A model generated the notes under the pieces. It saw nothing but the letters and a program-made list of their open reading frames with translations. It was not told the DNA's origin and made no database searches. A stretch of DNA of 64,000 nt from Patescibacteria group bacterium. GTDB taxonomy: Bacteria; Patescibacteriota; Patescibacteriia; Patescibacteriales; UBA12465. Position numbers and translations under genes: made by a program. Of the stretch, positions 8,842 through 17,993 are shown piece after piece (positions within the stretch are counted from its first letter, which is position 1; each line of letters starts with the position of its first letter). The DNA lies in assembly GCA_023229115.1 (NCBI GenBank), contig JALNZW010000001.1:6861-70860 (forward strand), read 5' to 3'.

Positions 8842-8850
8842 TAAAAAAAG

Positions 8851-8872
8851 AATCTCTAAAAAGAGATTTTTT
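8851..8872 (+). terminator. rho-independent terminator
   Basis: AATCTCT-aaaa-AGAGATT followed by a T-run. Confidence 0.6.
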
Positions 8873-9032
8873 CCAAAATGAGTCCTATGCTGGAGGTCCC
8901 AGCCACGCCTCCATCCGGAGACAGTTCGGATATCAATTTTTTGTATTTATATTATATATTATTTTGAAAAATAAAACAATATTAAAAAATAAAGGTCGGT
9001 TTTAATATTTAATAAAAAATAATCTTAAAGAT

Positions 9033-9245
9033 ATGTATTATAATTATTATATAAATCTAAATGCTCAAGAAAATGGTGACAACGAAGTTCACAGAGAAGA
9101 TTGTAGTTATTTGAACTTGGTTAGTAACAAAAAACTGCTTGGAAGTTTTTTAAATTGTCATGATGCTATAATAGCAGCGAAAAGAATGGGATATTCAAAT
9201 GCAGATGGTTGTTATTATTGTTCAAAACCTTGTCACAGAAGCTAA
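9033..9245 (+). CDS. small Cys/His-rich protein (putative zinc-binding), unknown function
   Basis: 70 aa with HREDC, NCH and C-YY-C-SKP-C-H clusters. It has its own upstream AT-rich region and a downstream hairpin. Confidence 0.6.
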   Translation: MYYNYYINLNAQENGDNEVHREDCSYLNLVSNKKLLGSFLNCHDAIIAAKRMGYSNADGCYYCSKPCHRS

Positions 9246-9323
9246 GTTTGAAATCTATCACTTTTTTTTAGGTGGTAGATTCTAGATTTAGAATGAGATA
9301 TTTATAATTAAAATTAAAAAAAT

Positions 9324-10730
9324 ATGGCAAATGATATAAGCGATCTAATTTTAAAATTAGATTCTACAAAAAAGAATCCGAGCAAAGAAGAACTATATGA
9401 ACTGATTAAAAATACACTTTTACTTTTAAATGAAATTAGTTCTAAATATAAAAAATTTTTTGAAGGAGATGAAGAAAATCCTGCAATATTAGAAGATATA
9501 GAGAATAAGTATAAAAAAATAAAAAATGAATATGATAAATTTTTTGAAATTAATGAAGACGGAAAATCTCAATCTATTGACTTGGCGAATAAAATAGAGG
9601 AAATAAAAAAATTTCACAAAGAGTTGATGATTGGAAGTGAGGAAAAATCTTCAATTGAGCTAGATATTAATAATTCTAAAAAGCATATATCTAATTTTTA
9701 TGATTTTCTTTTTAATAAAAAAAACGATGAAAGGGAGACTAATGAAGAAAAAATAAAAAGAAATATTGAGGAAATAAATAATTTCCATAAAAAAATTTTT
9801 AATTTGGAGGATGGTCTTGAAAAGAAATTGTTGAGTTCATGCCAGGAGATGATTGATAAATATGAAGATCTTTATGGTCAGGATAAGGAAGGGGATAGTA
9901 AAATTGTCACGCTTGAGAAAGGAATTAATAAGATAAGTGATTTTAAAAATAAAATAGAAGAAGATATAGAACCCTTTATTTATAATGTAAAAGAAAATAT
10001 TTCATCCAGGAGTAAAGATGTTGATACTCTCCTGGAGGGGGCCACTGGCGGTTCTCTTGTTGAAGGTTTTTTGAGATCAAAAAATGAATATAGACAAATT
10101 CCTAATTACAAAAAGTTTAAAAAAATAGAAAAAAATGAAAAATTATCGAAACGTTTTTTTGTTTATTTAGAAAATATTTTTATTGTTAGCGTCTCAAGAT
10201 TTTTCGATTTTGTGTTTAGTGTTATTAGAACTTCTATTGACTATATTTTGTTTATACTTCCTTTGCTTGTTTCTGTGTTCATTTTTGTTCATCCTGAAAT
10301 GGTTGATAATATTATGGGATCTCAAAAATATGGAGGAGGAGTCTCTGACTATATAGGAAGGCTCAATTTTTGGAGTAGAATGATTATAAGTTTACCATTG
10401 TGGTGGATATCATGGTTTGGTCAAAGAAATATATCTCACAACAAGAGATTGTCGGAAGAATATAATCATAAGGCACAGGTGACTAAAATGTATTTAAATT
10501 TTTCTTCTCGTAATCGTAAAGAAAATTCTATTTACCCAATATCAGACAAAGCTAGGGATGAATTAGATTTACAGTTAATAAAAGTAATCAAAAGACATCC
10601 CGGAGCAGTTTATGGAAAAGATGAGACAATGATGGACAAAGTTATTCAAGCCATACAAGCTTTTAAGGGCAATGAGAATATTGAGGAAAATAATAATGAT
10701 ATTAAAGATGAACAAGATGACAAAAAATAA
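9324..10730 (+). CDS. coiled-coil plus multi-TM protein of unknown function, coupled to hsdS
   Basis: 468 aa. The N-terminal ~270 aa are K/E/N-rich helical with a recurring I-x-x-F-[HYK] motif, followed by three hydrophobic segments. TATAAT at 9303-9308. The stop overlaps the hsdS start. Confidence 0.7.
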   Translation: MANDISDLILKLDSTKKNPSKEELYELIKNTLLLLNEISSKYKKFFEGDEENPAILEDIENKYKKIKNEYDKFFEINEDGKSQSIDLANKIEEIKKFHKELMIGSEEKSSIELDINNSKKHISNFYDFLFNKKNDERETNEEKIKRNIEEINNFHKKIFNLEDGLEKKLLSSCQEMIDKYEDLYGQDKEGDSKIVTLEKGINKISDFKNKIEEDIEPFIYNVKENISSRSKDVDTLLEGATGGSLVEGFLRSKNEYRQIPNYKKFKKIEKNEKLSKRFFVYLENIFIVSVSRFFDFVFSVIRTSIDYILFILPLLVSVFIFVHPEMVDNIMGSQKYGGGVSDYIGRLNFWSRMIISLPLWWISWFGQRNISHNKRLSEEYNHKAQVTKMYLNFSSRNRKENSIYPISDKARDELDLQLIKVIKRHPGAVYGKDETMMDKVIQAIQAFKGNENIEENNNDIKDEQDDKK

Positions 10731-11910
10731 CAAACAAAAAAATATTTTATTTGGATGGTCGGAGTATAAGATGAATGATATTGGCAAAACTTATCCTGGA
10801 ATAACAGGAAAAGATAAAGATGATTTTGGAAAAGGCAAGCCTTTTGTTTCTTATATGAATGTTTATTCTAATTCAAAAACTAATTTAAATATCAAAACAT
10901 TGGTTGATATTTCCGATAATGAAAATCAGAATAGGGTAAAGTATGGAGATATATTTTTTACTACATCATCTGAAACTCCAAACGAGGTTGGTATGAGCTC
11001 TGTGTTGTTGAGCAAAAATTTTAAAGACTTATTTTTGAATAGTTTTTGTTTTGGTTTTAGATTAAATAATTTTAAAATTATTATTCCAGAATTTGCTCGT
11101 TTTTATTTTCGAGGAAGATATTTTAGGAAAGAGATGACAAGGATAGCCCAGGGGATTAGTCGTTTTAATTTATCCAAAAAATATTTTTTATATACATCAA
11201 TTGTTGTTCCTGATAGCATAGAAGAACAAAACAAAATCGTTCAAATCCTTGAAACTTGGGACAACTACCTTGAAAAACTAAACAAAAAAATAGAAATAAA
11301 AAAACAAATCAAAAAAGGTCTGATGCAAAATTTATTGACTGGCAAAGTTAGATTGAAGGGATTTAATGATGAGTGGAAAAATGTAAAACTGGGTGATGTT
11401 TGTAAATTATATCAACCTAAAACTATATCTTCTAATGAAATAAATAGAAATGGAAAATATTTGGTTTATGGTGCAAATGGAGTTATTGGTCGGTATGATA
11501 AATATAATCATGAAGAGTCAGAGGTTTTAATAACTTGCAGGGGTGCAACTTGTGGAAGGATAAATTTTTCCAAACCAAAAAGCTGGATAACTGGTAATGC
11601 TATGGTTGCTCAGCCGATTAAAAATAGAATAGACAAACTTTTTTTATTTTATTTGTTGAATAAAATAAATCTATTAAACGTTGTGACTGGTTTAGCACAA
11701 CCACAGATAACAAGAAAAGATTTAAGCCCTTTTAATATTTTTATTTCGCCATTAAAAGAACAACAGGCTATTGCCGAAATTCTTAGTTCAGCTGATAGAG
11801 AAATAGAGTCTTTAGAAAAAAAGAAAAAGATTGTTGAGGCGCAGAAGAAATTTTTACTAAATAATTTAATCAGCGGTAAAATCAGGCATCCCGAATTTAT
11901 TAATTCATAA
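10717..11910 (+). CDS. hsdS: type I R-M specificity subunit S (two TRDs)
   Basis: Two conserved-region helices are present (IEEQNKIVQILETWDNYLEKL and LKEQQAIAEILSSADREIESL). The start is set at ATG 10717 (MTKNNKQ) rather than the longest ORF at 10672. Confidence 0.9.
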   Translation: MTKNNKQKNILFGWSEYKMNDIGKTYPGITGKDKDDFGKGKPFVSYMNVYSNSKTNLNIKTLVDISDNENQNRVKYGDIFFTTSSETPNEVGMSSVLLSKNFKDLFLNSFCFGFRLNNFKIIIPEFARFYFRGRYFRKEMTRIAQGISRFNLSKKYFLYTSIVVPDSIEEQNKIVQILETWDNYLEKLNKKIEIKKQIKKGLMQNLLTGKVRLKGFNDEWKNVKLGDVCKLYQPKTISSNEINRNGKYLVYGANGVIGRYDKYNHEESEVLITCRGATCGRINFSKPKSWITGNAMVAQPIKNRIDKLFLFYLLNKINLLNVVTGLAQPQITRKDLSPFNIFISPLKEQQAIAEILSSADREIESLEKKKKIVEAQKKFLLNNLISGKIRHPEFINS

Positions 11911-11933
11911 TTTACAATTCATAATTAACATAT

Positions 11934-14900
11934 ATGGATATATCACAAATAAATTTCGATGAAACAAAACAATCACAACTTCCGTTTGTGGAAATGCTTA
12001 TCAACATGGGCTATCGCTACATCTCGTCTGAAGAAATAAACAAAGAAAGGCGAGGAGATAACACCCGCTTTATTCTCCGCAGAACTGCTTTCAAAAAACT
12101 ATCAGAAATAAATAGCTATGAAATAAAGGGTGAGACCTTTAAATTCAAAGACACCGATGTTTTTGATGTTATCAACGAATTGGAAAATATCCAGTTAGAG
12201 GGGCTAATTGATACCTCCCGAAAAGTTTATAGTATGATTATGCCAAGTTCTGGCGGAAAAACTATTCGAGTTTTTCATCGCGGTAGAAATGAATCCAAAA
12301 ACTTTCGTTTTATTGATTTTGAAAATCCAGAAAATAATGATTTTGCCGTAGCAGTAGAATTTGAAGCTATGGGTAAAAGTGGTATTAGAGTTGATATTGT
12401 TGTCTTTATAAATGGCATTCCTTTTGCAATTATAGAAAATAAAAAATCATCAGTTTCCGTAGAACAAGCACTAAGTCAATTAAATCGCAATCAGGGGAGT
12501 GATTATTGCCCTAAATTATTTATTTATCCACAGTTACTGGTGGGTGCCAACAAAAACGAACTTCGCTATGGAACAACTGCCACGCCTAATAAATTTTTTG
12601 TTAATTGGAAGGAAAAGGGAGTGGATGAAAATGTAATTAATCAAAAAGCCAAACAAATAATTTCTCAAAAAATAGATGAAAATTTATATCAACAAATTCT
12701 AAGCGATTTAAATGGAGACACATTTTCTCACCAACAACAATTAGATAGAGAAGCGACTGAACAGGATCGTTCGGTGATGTTATTGTTTGAAAAGAATAGA
12801 TTATTAGATTTGAGTAAAAATTTTGTTTTATATGATGCCGGAGTAAAAAAGATAATGCGTTATCAGCAATATTTTGCTATCAAAAAAATGTTAGATAGCG
12901 TCAAACAAGAAGAAGAGGGGATTGAAGGCACAAAAAGAAAAGGCGGGATGGTTTGGCACACTCAAGGATCTGGAAAATCCTTGACCATGGTAATGTTTGT
13001 CAAAGCTTTGATAGAAGATCCAGATATTTTAAACCCAAGAGTTTTGGTTGTAACCGATAGGCGGGATTTAGATAGACAAATAAAGACTACTTTTCAAAAT
13101 AGCGGACTAAAAAAAGAAACTATTCAAGCAATTTCCGGAACTCACTTACTGAAATTAATTAAGGAAAAAGAATTAAAGGTAATTACAACCTTGGTTCAGA
13201 AATTTGAGTCAGCCGGCAAGAAAAAAACAAATCTAAAAGATTTAGATAAAAATATTTTTGTTCTAATTGACGAAGCTCATCGCAGTCAAGGTGGTATGGC
13301 CAATTTAGAAATGAACAAAATTATTCCTAATGCTTGTTATATCGCTTTTACCGGAACGCCACTACTTAAAAAAGAAAAATCTCGCCAAAAGTTTGGTGAT
13401 TTTATTGATAAATATACAATTGATGATGCTTTGGCTGATAATATTATTTTGCCTTTGATTTATGAAGGGCGTTATGTTGGCTTAATTCAGGATAGCTCTG
13501 AAATAGACAAACAATACGAAAGATTGACTGCTGATTTTAGTGAAAGTCAAAAAAAGCAATTTCAAGCAATTATTAAAAATAAAATTATTTCCAATAATCC
13601 CAAAAGAATTGCCGAGATTGCTTATGATATAGAAAGACATTATTTGAGTAAATTCAAAGATAGTGGACTAAAAGCACAAATAGTAGCTCCGTCCAAATTT
13701 TCGGCTGTACTTTTTCAAAAATATTTTTCTCAAAGTGGAAAAATAAATTCAGCTATGGTTATTTCCGATGAAAATGGAATTATCAATGAAGACGATGAGC
13801 ACAAAAAAGAAGTAGATGAATATTTGAAAAAAATTAAAGAAAAACATCAAAGCTTATTATCTTATGAAAAAGAAATAATAGAAAGCTTTAAACACAGCGA
13901 TGACGGAGTAGAGCTTTTGATAGTGGTTGATAAACTGCTTACTGGTTTTGATGCTCCTCGAAATACTGTTTTATATTTAGCCAAGGAACTACGAGATCAC
14001 AATTTACTTCAAGCCATTGCTAGAGTAAATCGTTTGTATGAAAACAATATTTTACCAAAGACAGCTGGTTATATCGTTGACTATTCAGAAAACGCTCAGA
14101 ATATAAAAACAGCTATGCAGTTGTTTGGTAATTATGATGAAAATGACGTCAAGGGAGCTTTAATTGATTTGGATGATAAAATAAAAGAACTGCAAAAAAA
14201 TTATAATATTTTAAATGACACTTTTAAGGGACTAAAAGGAGACGATGAGGTTTATATAAAATATTTGGAAGAAGAGCCAAAAAGAAAAGAATTTTATGAT
14301 GACCTAAATCGCTTTTTAAAGAACTTTAATGAGTGCATGGTTTTGCAAGATTTTGCTCACAAGTTTGAACATCTAGATGTTTATCGCAAAGAGTTGAAAA
14401 AGTATATGGAACTTCGTAAGGCAGTTAGCTTGCGTTATGCCGATAGAGTTGACTTTAATAAGCATAAACAGACACTTATAAAAATAATGGACGATAATAT
14501 CAAGGCCGAAGAAGCAGAACTTTTAACCGCTCAAATTAATATTAGCGATAGAGAGCTATTTGCTCAAGCTATTGATAATTTGGGCTCCGATAGCTCCAAA
14601 GCAGAGGCTATTGCCGCTCAGACCCAAAAAGTTATTAGCGAAAAAGCCGATACTGACCCAAAGTTTTATCATAAATTTTCTCAAAGAATTGATGAAATTA
14701 TAAATAACATGAGACAAAAGAAGTTAGCCGATATTGAAGCCTTGAAACAAATGAAATTAATTGAGGATCAAGTTTTAAATAAAGAAGATGATAGTTTGCC
14801 GGAAGAAATTAAAGAGATAAAAGGGGTAGATATTTTTTATCGAAATTTACAGGACGATTTAAAAGAATTTGATTTGTCGGATAAGAATTATTTATCTTTA

Positions 14901-15110
14901 GTTTTAGATATATTTGCTATATTGAAACAAGAAGCTATAGTTGATTGGTACCGCAATTTAGAGGTTAAAAGAATTATCAGCAATAAATTAGATGACTATA
15001 TTTATGATGAATTAGTTGTTGAGCGAAACATAAAAATTTCCCCTGAAAAAAGCAGGGAAATAATTGAAAAGATTATTAAGCTAGCTTCCGAAAATTATCA
15101 AATAATTTAA
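11934..15110 (+). CDS. hsdR: type I restriction endonuclease subunit R
   Basis: N-terminal nuclease region (VDIVVFINGIPFAIIENKK), helicase motifs WHTQGSGKS and DEAHRSQ, plus QAIARVNR. Confidence 0.95.
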   Translation: MDISQINFDETKQSQLPFVEMLINMGYRYISSEEINKERRGDNTRFILRRTAFKKLSEINSYEIKGETFKFKDTDVFDVINELENIQLEGLIDTSRKVYSMIMPSSGGKTIRVFHRGRNESKNFRFIDFENPENNDFAVAVEFEAMGKSGIRVDIVVFINGIPFAIIENKKSSVSVEQALSQLNRNQGSDYCPKLFIYPQLLVGANKNELRYGTTATPNKFFVNWKEKGVDENVINQKAKQIISQKIDENLYQQILSDLNGDTFSHQQQLDREATEQDRSVMLLFEKNRLLDLSKNFVLYDAGVKKIMRYQQYFAIKKMLDSVKQEEEGIEGTKRKGGMVWHTQGSGKSLTMVMFVKALIEDPDILNPRVLVVTDRRDLDRQIKTTFQNSGLKKETIQAISGTHLLKLIKEKELKVITTLVQKFESAGKKKTNLKDLDKNIFVLIDEAHRSQGGMANLEMNKIIPNACYIAFTGTPLLKKEKSRQKFGDFIDKYTIDDALADNIILPLIYEGRYVGLIQDSSEIDKQYERLTADFSESQKKQFQAIIKNKIISNNPKRIAEIAYDIERHYLSKFKDSGLKAQIVAPSKFSAVLFQKYFSQSGKINSAMVISDENGIINEDDEHKKEVDEYLKKIKEKHQSLLSYEKEIIESFKHSDDGVELLIVVDKLLTGFDAPRNTVLYLAKELRDHNLLQAIARVNRLYENNILPKTAGYIVDYSENAQNIKTAMQLFGNYDENDVKGALIDLDDKIKELQKNYNILNDTFKGLKGDDEVYIKYLEEEPKRKEFYDDLNRFLKNFNECMVLQDFAHKFEHLDVYRKELKKYMELRKAVSLRYADRVDFNKHKQTLIKIMDDNIKAEEAELLTAQINISDRELFAQAIDNLGSDSSKAEAIAAQTQKVISEKADTDPKFYHKFSQRIDEIINNMRQKKLADIEALKQMKLIEDQVLNKEDDSLPEEIKEIKGVDIFYRNLQDDLKEFDLSDKNYLSLVLDIFAILKQEAIVDWYRNLEVKRIISNKLDDYIYDELVVERNIKISPEKSREIIEKIIKLASENYQII

Positions 15111-15113
15111 TCT

Positions 15114-15818
15114 ATGGAAAGACATATTTTTAAATATGGGAGTTTTTCTTATCAATATTTTGTTGTTAGGCAGGATAGAAAAACTGTAAGCTTAAGTGTT
15201 CAGCCTAGCTTGAATATAGTTTTGAGGTGCCCAAAAGATTTTTCTCATGATAAAATAGAAAAATTTTTGAAAAGAAAGTGGTCTTGGTTAGAAAAACAAA
15301 TAAAGTATTTCAAAAAATTCAAAACTGATTTAAGTAAAAAAGAATATATTTCAGGGGAGAGTTTTTTGTATTTAGGTCGTCAGTATAAACTGTTAGTCAA
15401 AAAATCTTCAGAAAATAGAGTTATTTTGAAATATGGGCAAATTTTATTATACACTACAAATAGTGTGCGTAATAAAAAAAATAATAAAGAAATTCTAGAA
15501 AAATGGTATTTGGATAGGGCAAATATTATTTTTATTGAACAATATAAAAAAGTTATAAAAAATTTTAGCTATAATTTTGAACCAAGATTAATTATTAGAA
15601 AAATGAATAAAAGATGGGGGAGCTTTTTAAGCGATAAAAAAATAATATTAAATCCAAAACTTATTCAGGCTCCGAAGGAATGTATTGATTATGTTATTAG
15701 TCATGAATTATGCCATATGAAGCACAAAAATCATGATAGCAAATTTTATACACTGCTTAAGTCTAAGGTTAAAAATTGGGAAGAAGTGAAGGAGAAATTG
15801 GAATTAAGGTTTATTTAA
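15114..15818 (+). CDS. YgjP/DUF45 (M48-like, SprT-like) zinc metallopeptidase
   Basis: HELCHMKHKNH contains the HExxH motif near the C-terminus, with typical DUF45 length. It starts 3 nt after the hsdR stop. Confidence 0.85.
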   Translation: MERHIFKYGSFSYQYFVVRQDRKTVSLSVQPSLNIVLRCPKDFSHDKIEKFLKRKWSWLEKQIKYFKKFKTDLSKKEYISGESFLYLGRQYKLLVKKSSENRVILKYGQILLYTTNSVRNKKNNKEILEKWYLDRANIIFIEQYKKVIKNFSYNFEPRLIIRKMNKRWGSFLSDKKIILNPKLIQAPKECIDYVISHELCHMKHKNHDSKFYTLLKSKVKNWEEVKEKLELRFI

Positions 15819-15825
15819 ATATTTT

Positions 15826-16278
15826 ATGGATAACAAATTGAACAGAAAATTTATTGTTTGGGGTGTATTAATGGGTGCTTTTTTTGGTTTTTTGATAAAT
15901 ATTTTAGCCAATTTTTTTTACGATGTTTTTATTATTGAGATTTATTCTTTTGAAAAAGTAAATTTAACAAATATTTTAGTTTGTTGCTTTTCTTTAGTGG
16001 CCCTAATTGGCTATTTATGGTTTTTTGTTTATGATTATCCCAATTCTCCAGAATTGACAAAAGACTATTTAAAAAGATTTTGGGATTATTTTACTAAAAC
16101 TTTTTGGTTGGGAAGAATTTTAGCTGTTTTTTTTGCTTTGTGCATACTAATTGCTTCCATTTCTCTATTGGCAGTTACTTTCATGTCTCTCTCAAGGATT
16201 TTAGGGTATTTATCAGCTTCAATAGTTTTTATTATTATTTTTGGATTAACTTGGTTTAAGAAATTGAAAAATAAGTAG
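15826..16278 (+). CDS. membrane protein (4 TM), unknown
   Basis: 150 aa, strongly hydrophobic, 7 nt after the DUF45 gene. Confidence 0.55.
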   Translation: MDNKLNRKFIVWGVLMGAFFGFLINILANFFYDVFIIEIYSFEKVNLTNILVCCFSLVALIGYLWFFVYDYPNSPELTKDYLKRFWDYFTKTFWLGRILAVFFALCILIASISLLAVTFMSLSRILGYLSASIVFIIIFGLTWFKKLKNK

Positions 16279-16299
16279 TTATTATTAATTATAAAAAAT

Positions 16300-16617
16300 A
16301 TGAATGCTTCAAATTTTTTTCCTCAAATCTCTCTTTTTAATAAAGGAGGTAAGACATTGTCTATTTTACCTATAAATGTTGTGGAGTTTTGGTCTATATT
16401 TATTGCTTTTATAATGATAATGATAATTATTTGGTTTATAGTAAGGGAATTAAGATGTTGGTACTGGAAAATTAATCTTAGGACTGAATTATTGAGTGAT
16501 ATATCTTGTGAGCTAAAAGAAATTAAAGAGATTTTAAAAAGTGATAATAAAGATAAAGAAAATGCAAATATAGAAAAAGATAGTTTGGAAGATTTTGGTT
16601 TAAAAATAAAAGAATAA
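16300..16617 (+). CDS. small membrane protein (1 TM), unknown
   Basis: 105 aa with one TM (FWSIFIAFIMIMIIIWFIV) and a charged tail. Confidence 0.5.
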   Translation: MNASNFFPQISLFNKGGKTLSILPINVVEFWSIFIAFIMIMIIIWFIVRELRCWYWKINLRTELLSDISCELKEIKEILKSDNKDKENANIEKDSLEDFGLKIKE

Positions 16618-16632
16618 TTAATTTAAAAAAAT

Positions 16633-17223
16633 ATGAAACTAGCAATAATCTCCGACATCCACGATAATTTCCACAACTTAGTTTTGGTTTTAAAGAAAAT
16701 CAAAGAAAACCAAGACATAGAGAAAATTATTTTCTTAGGTGATTTTATAAACAATGGCATAGCCAAAATACTTGCTGAATCAGATATTCCTGTTCACGCT
16801 ATTTGGGGAAATAACGATGGTGATAAAAGCGCTCTTACCAAAACATCATTAAGCCCTCAAAGTAATATGACCATAGCTGATAATATTTACGATTTTTTAG
16901 AAATTGATAACAGAAAAATATTTATAACTCATTATCCTGACTTAGCTAAGCCGATGGCTAAATCCGGTGAATTTGATGCTGTCTTTTATGGTCATAATCA
17001 TATAAAAAATAAAGATAGAATTAATGATTGTTTAGTTATTAATCCAGGGGAGGTGTCTGGACATAAAAATAGCCAAATTTCTTTTGCTATTTATGATACT
17101 GAAAAAAATGAGGCTGACATTATAGGTGTAGAAGGTGGAGTGTTTGTTAAGAACAAAGAAGTTGAGGAATATTTAGATGACCTAGGTTTTGAGTTTTCTA
17201 AAACCAAAGGGCATCAGTATTAG
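16633..17223 (+). CDS. metallophosphoesterase, YfcE/MJ0936 family
   Basis: Motifs ISDIHDN, LGDF, GNNDGD and GHNH. Confidence 0.85.
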   Translation: MKLAIISDIHDNFHNLVLVLKKIKENQDIEKIIFLGDFINNGIAKILAESDIPVHAIWGNNDGDKSALTKTSLSPQSNMTIADNIYDFLEIDNRKIFITHYPDLAKPMAKSGEFDAVFYGHNHIKNKDRINDCLVINPGEVSGHKNSQISFAIYDTEKNEADIIGVEGGVFVKNKEVEEYLDDLGFEFSKTKGHQY

Positions 17224-17227
17224 TTTT

Positions 17228-17317
17228 ATGAAAAAGCTATTTATCAAAAACCGTAAAAATCAAAACATTTCTGTTTTAGTTGAAAAAGCAAAAAATCCTA
17301 GGGGTTTGGCACGTTAG
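17228..17317 (+). pseudogene. 29-codon stub resembling the N-terminus of an alpha/beta hydrolase
   Basis: MKKLFIKNRKNQNISVLVEKAKNPRGLAR-stop resembles the beginning of a longer hydrolase, cut just before the expected HG motif. Confidence 0.35.
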
Positions 17318-17358
17318 TTTTTGTTATAATTAATAAATTTATATAAATTTGCAAACTT

Positions 17359-17982
17359 ATGTCAGTTAATAAAACTATTTTAATAGCCACCGCCAACAAG
17401 GGTAAGGCCGAGGAGATAAAAAAAATTTTTCAAGATACAAACTTTGATATTAAGTTTTTATTTGATTTTTCTGACAAACTAGAAAATTTGAACATATTTG
17501 AGAATGCCAAGAGCTTTGAAGGAAATGCCCTGATCAAAGCCATTGTTGTTGGCGATATTTTAAATATGATCACCTTGGCAGATGATAGTGGTCTTTGCGT
17601 TGATTATTTAGATGGTCGGCCAGGAGTTATTTCGGCTCGTTATTCAGGACTTGGAACGGATGAGGCTAATTATTTAAAGGTACTGAAAGAGATGAACGGA
17701 GTTGCTTTTGACAAAAGAGATTGTCATTATAATTGTACTGTTGCTATTTATGATCCGCAAACAAAATTTGTAGATACTGTTTCAGGAATTTGGGAAGCTA
17801 AGATAGCTCTAGAACCAAAAGGAAACAAAAGTTTTGGCTATGCTCCAATAGTTTTAGCTAAAGATTTTAATTATCAAAAAACTAATGCCGAATTTGACCC
17901 CGAAGACCTTATTAATATTAATCACAGAGGAAAAGCTTTCCGCAAGGCTATTGAGGTTTTGGGTGATTATTTGAAAAAATAG
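17359..17982 (+). CDS. rdgB: non-canonical purine NTP pyrophosphatase (RdgB/HAM1)
   Basis: LIATANKGKAEEI, ENALIKA, LADDSGLCVDYLDGRPGVISARY and HRGKA motifs. Confidence 0.85.
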   Translation: MSVNKTILIATANKGKAEEIKKIFQDTNFDIKFLFDFSDKLENLNIFENAKSFEGNALIKAIVVGDILNMITLADDSGLCVDYLDGRPGVISARYSGLGTDEANYLKVLKEMNGVAFDKRDCHYNCTVAIYDPQTKFVDTVSGIWEAKIALEPKGNKSFGYAPIVLAKDFNYQKTNAEFDPEDLININHRGKAFRKAIEVLGDYLKK

Positions 17983-17993
17983 GAATGCATGAT

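Noticed and set aside
10672-10716. Longest-ORF start for hsdS (MRILRKIIMILKMNK...). The same kind of upstream extension occurs at 24407, 34537, 45077, 46153, 47262 and 52392.
   Set aside because: The upstream extensions overlap the preceding gene or a terminator hairpin and encode low-complexity peptides. Internal ATGs give N-termini matching family patterns: MTKNNKQ for hsdS, MPRPRL for DUF134, MKVNKKILIVEDE for the receiver, prepilin leaders, [13 protein letters not shown] for LigA, and the SEC-C motif.
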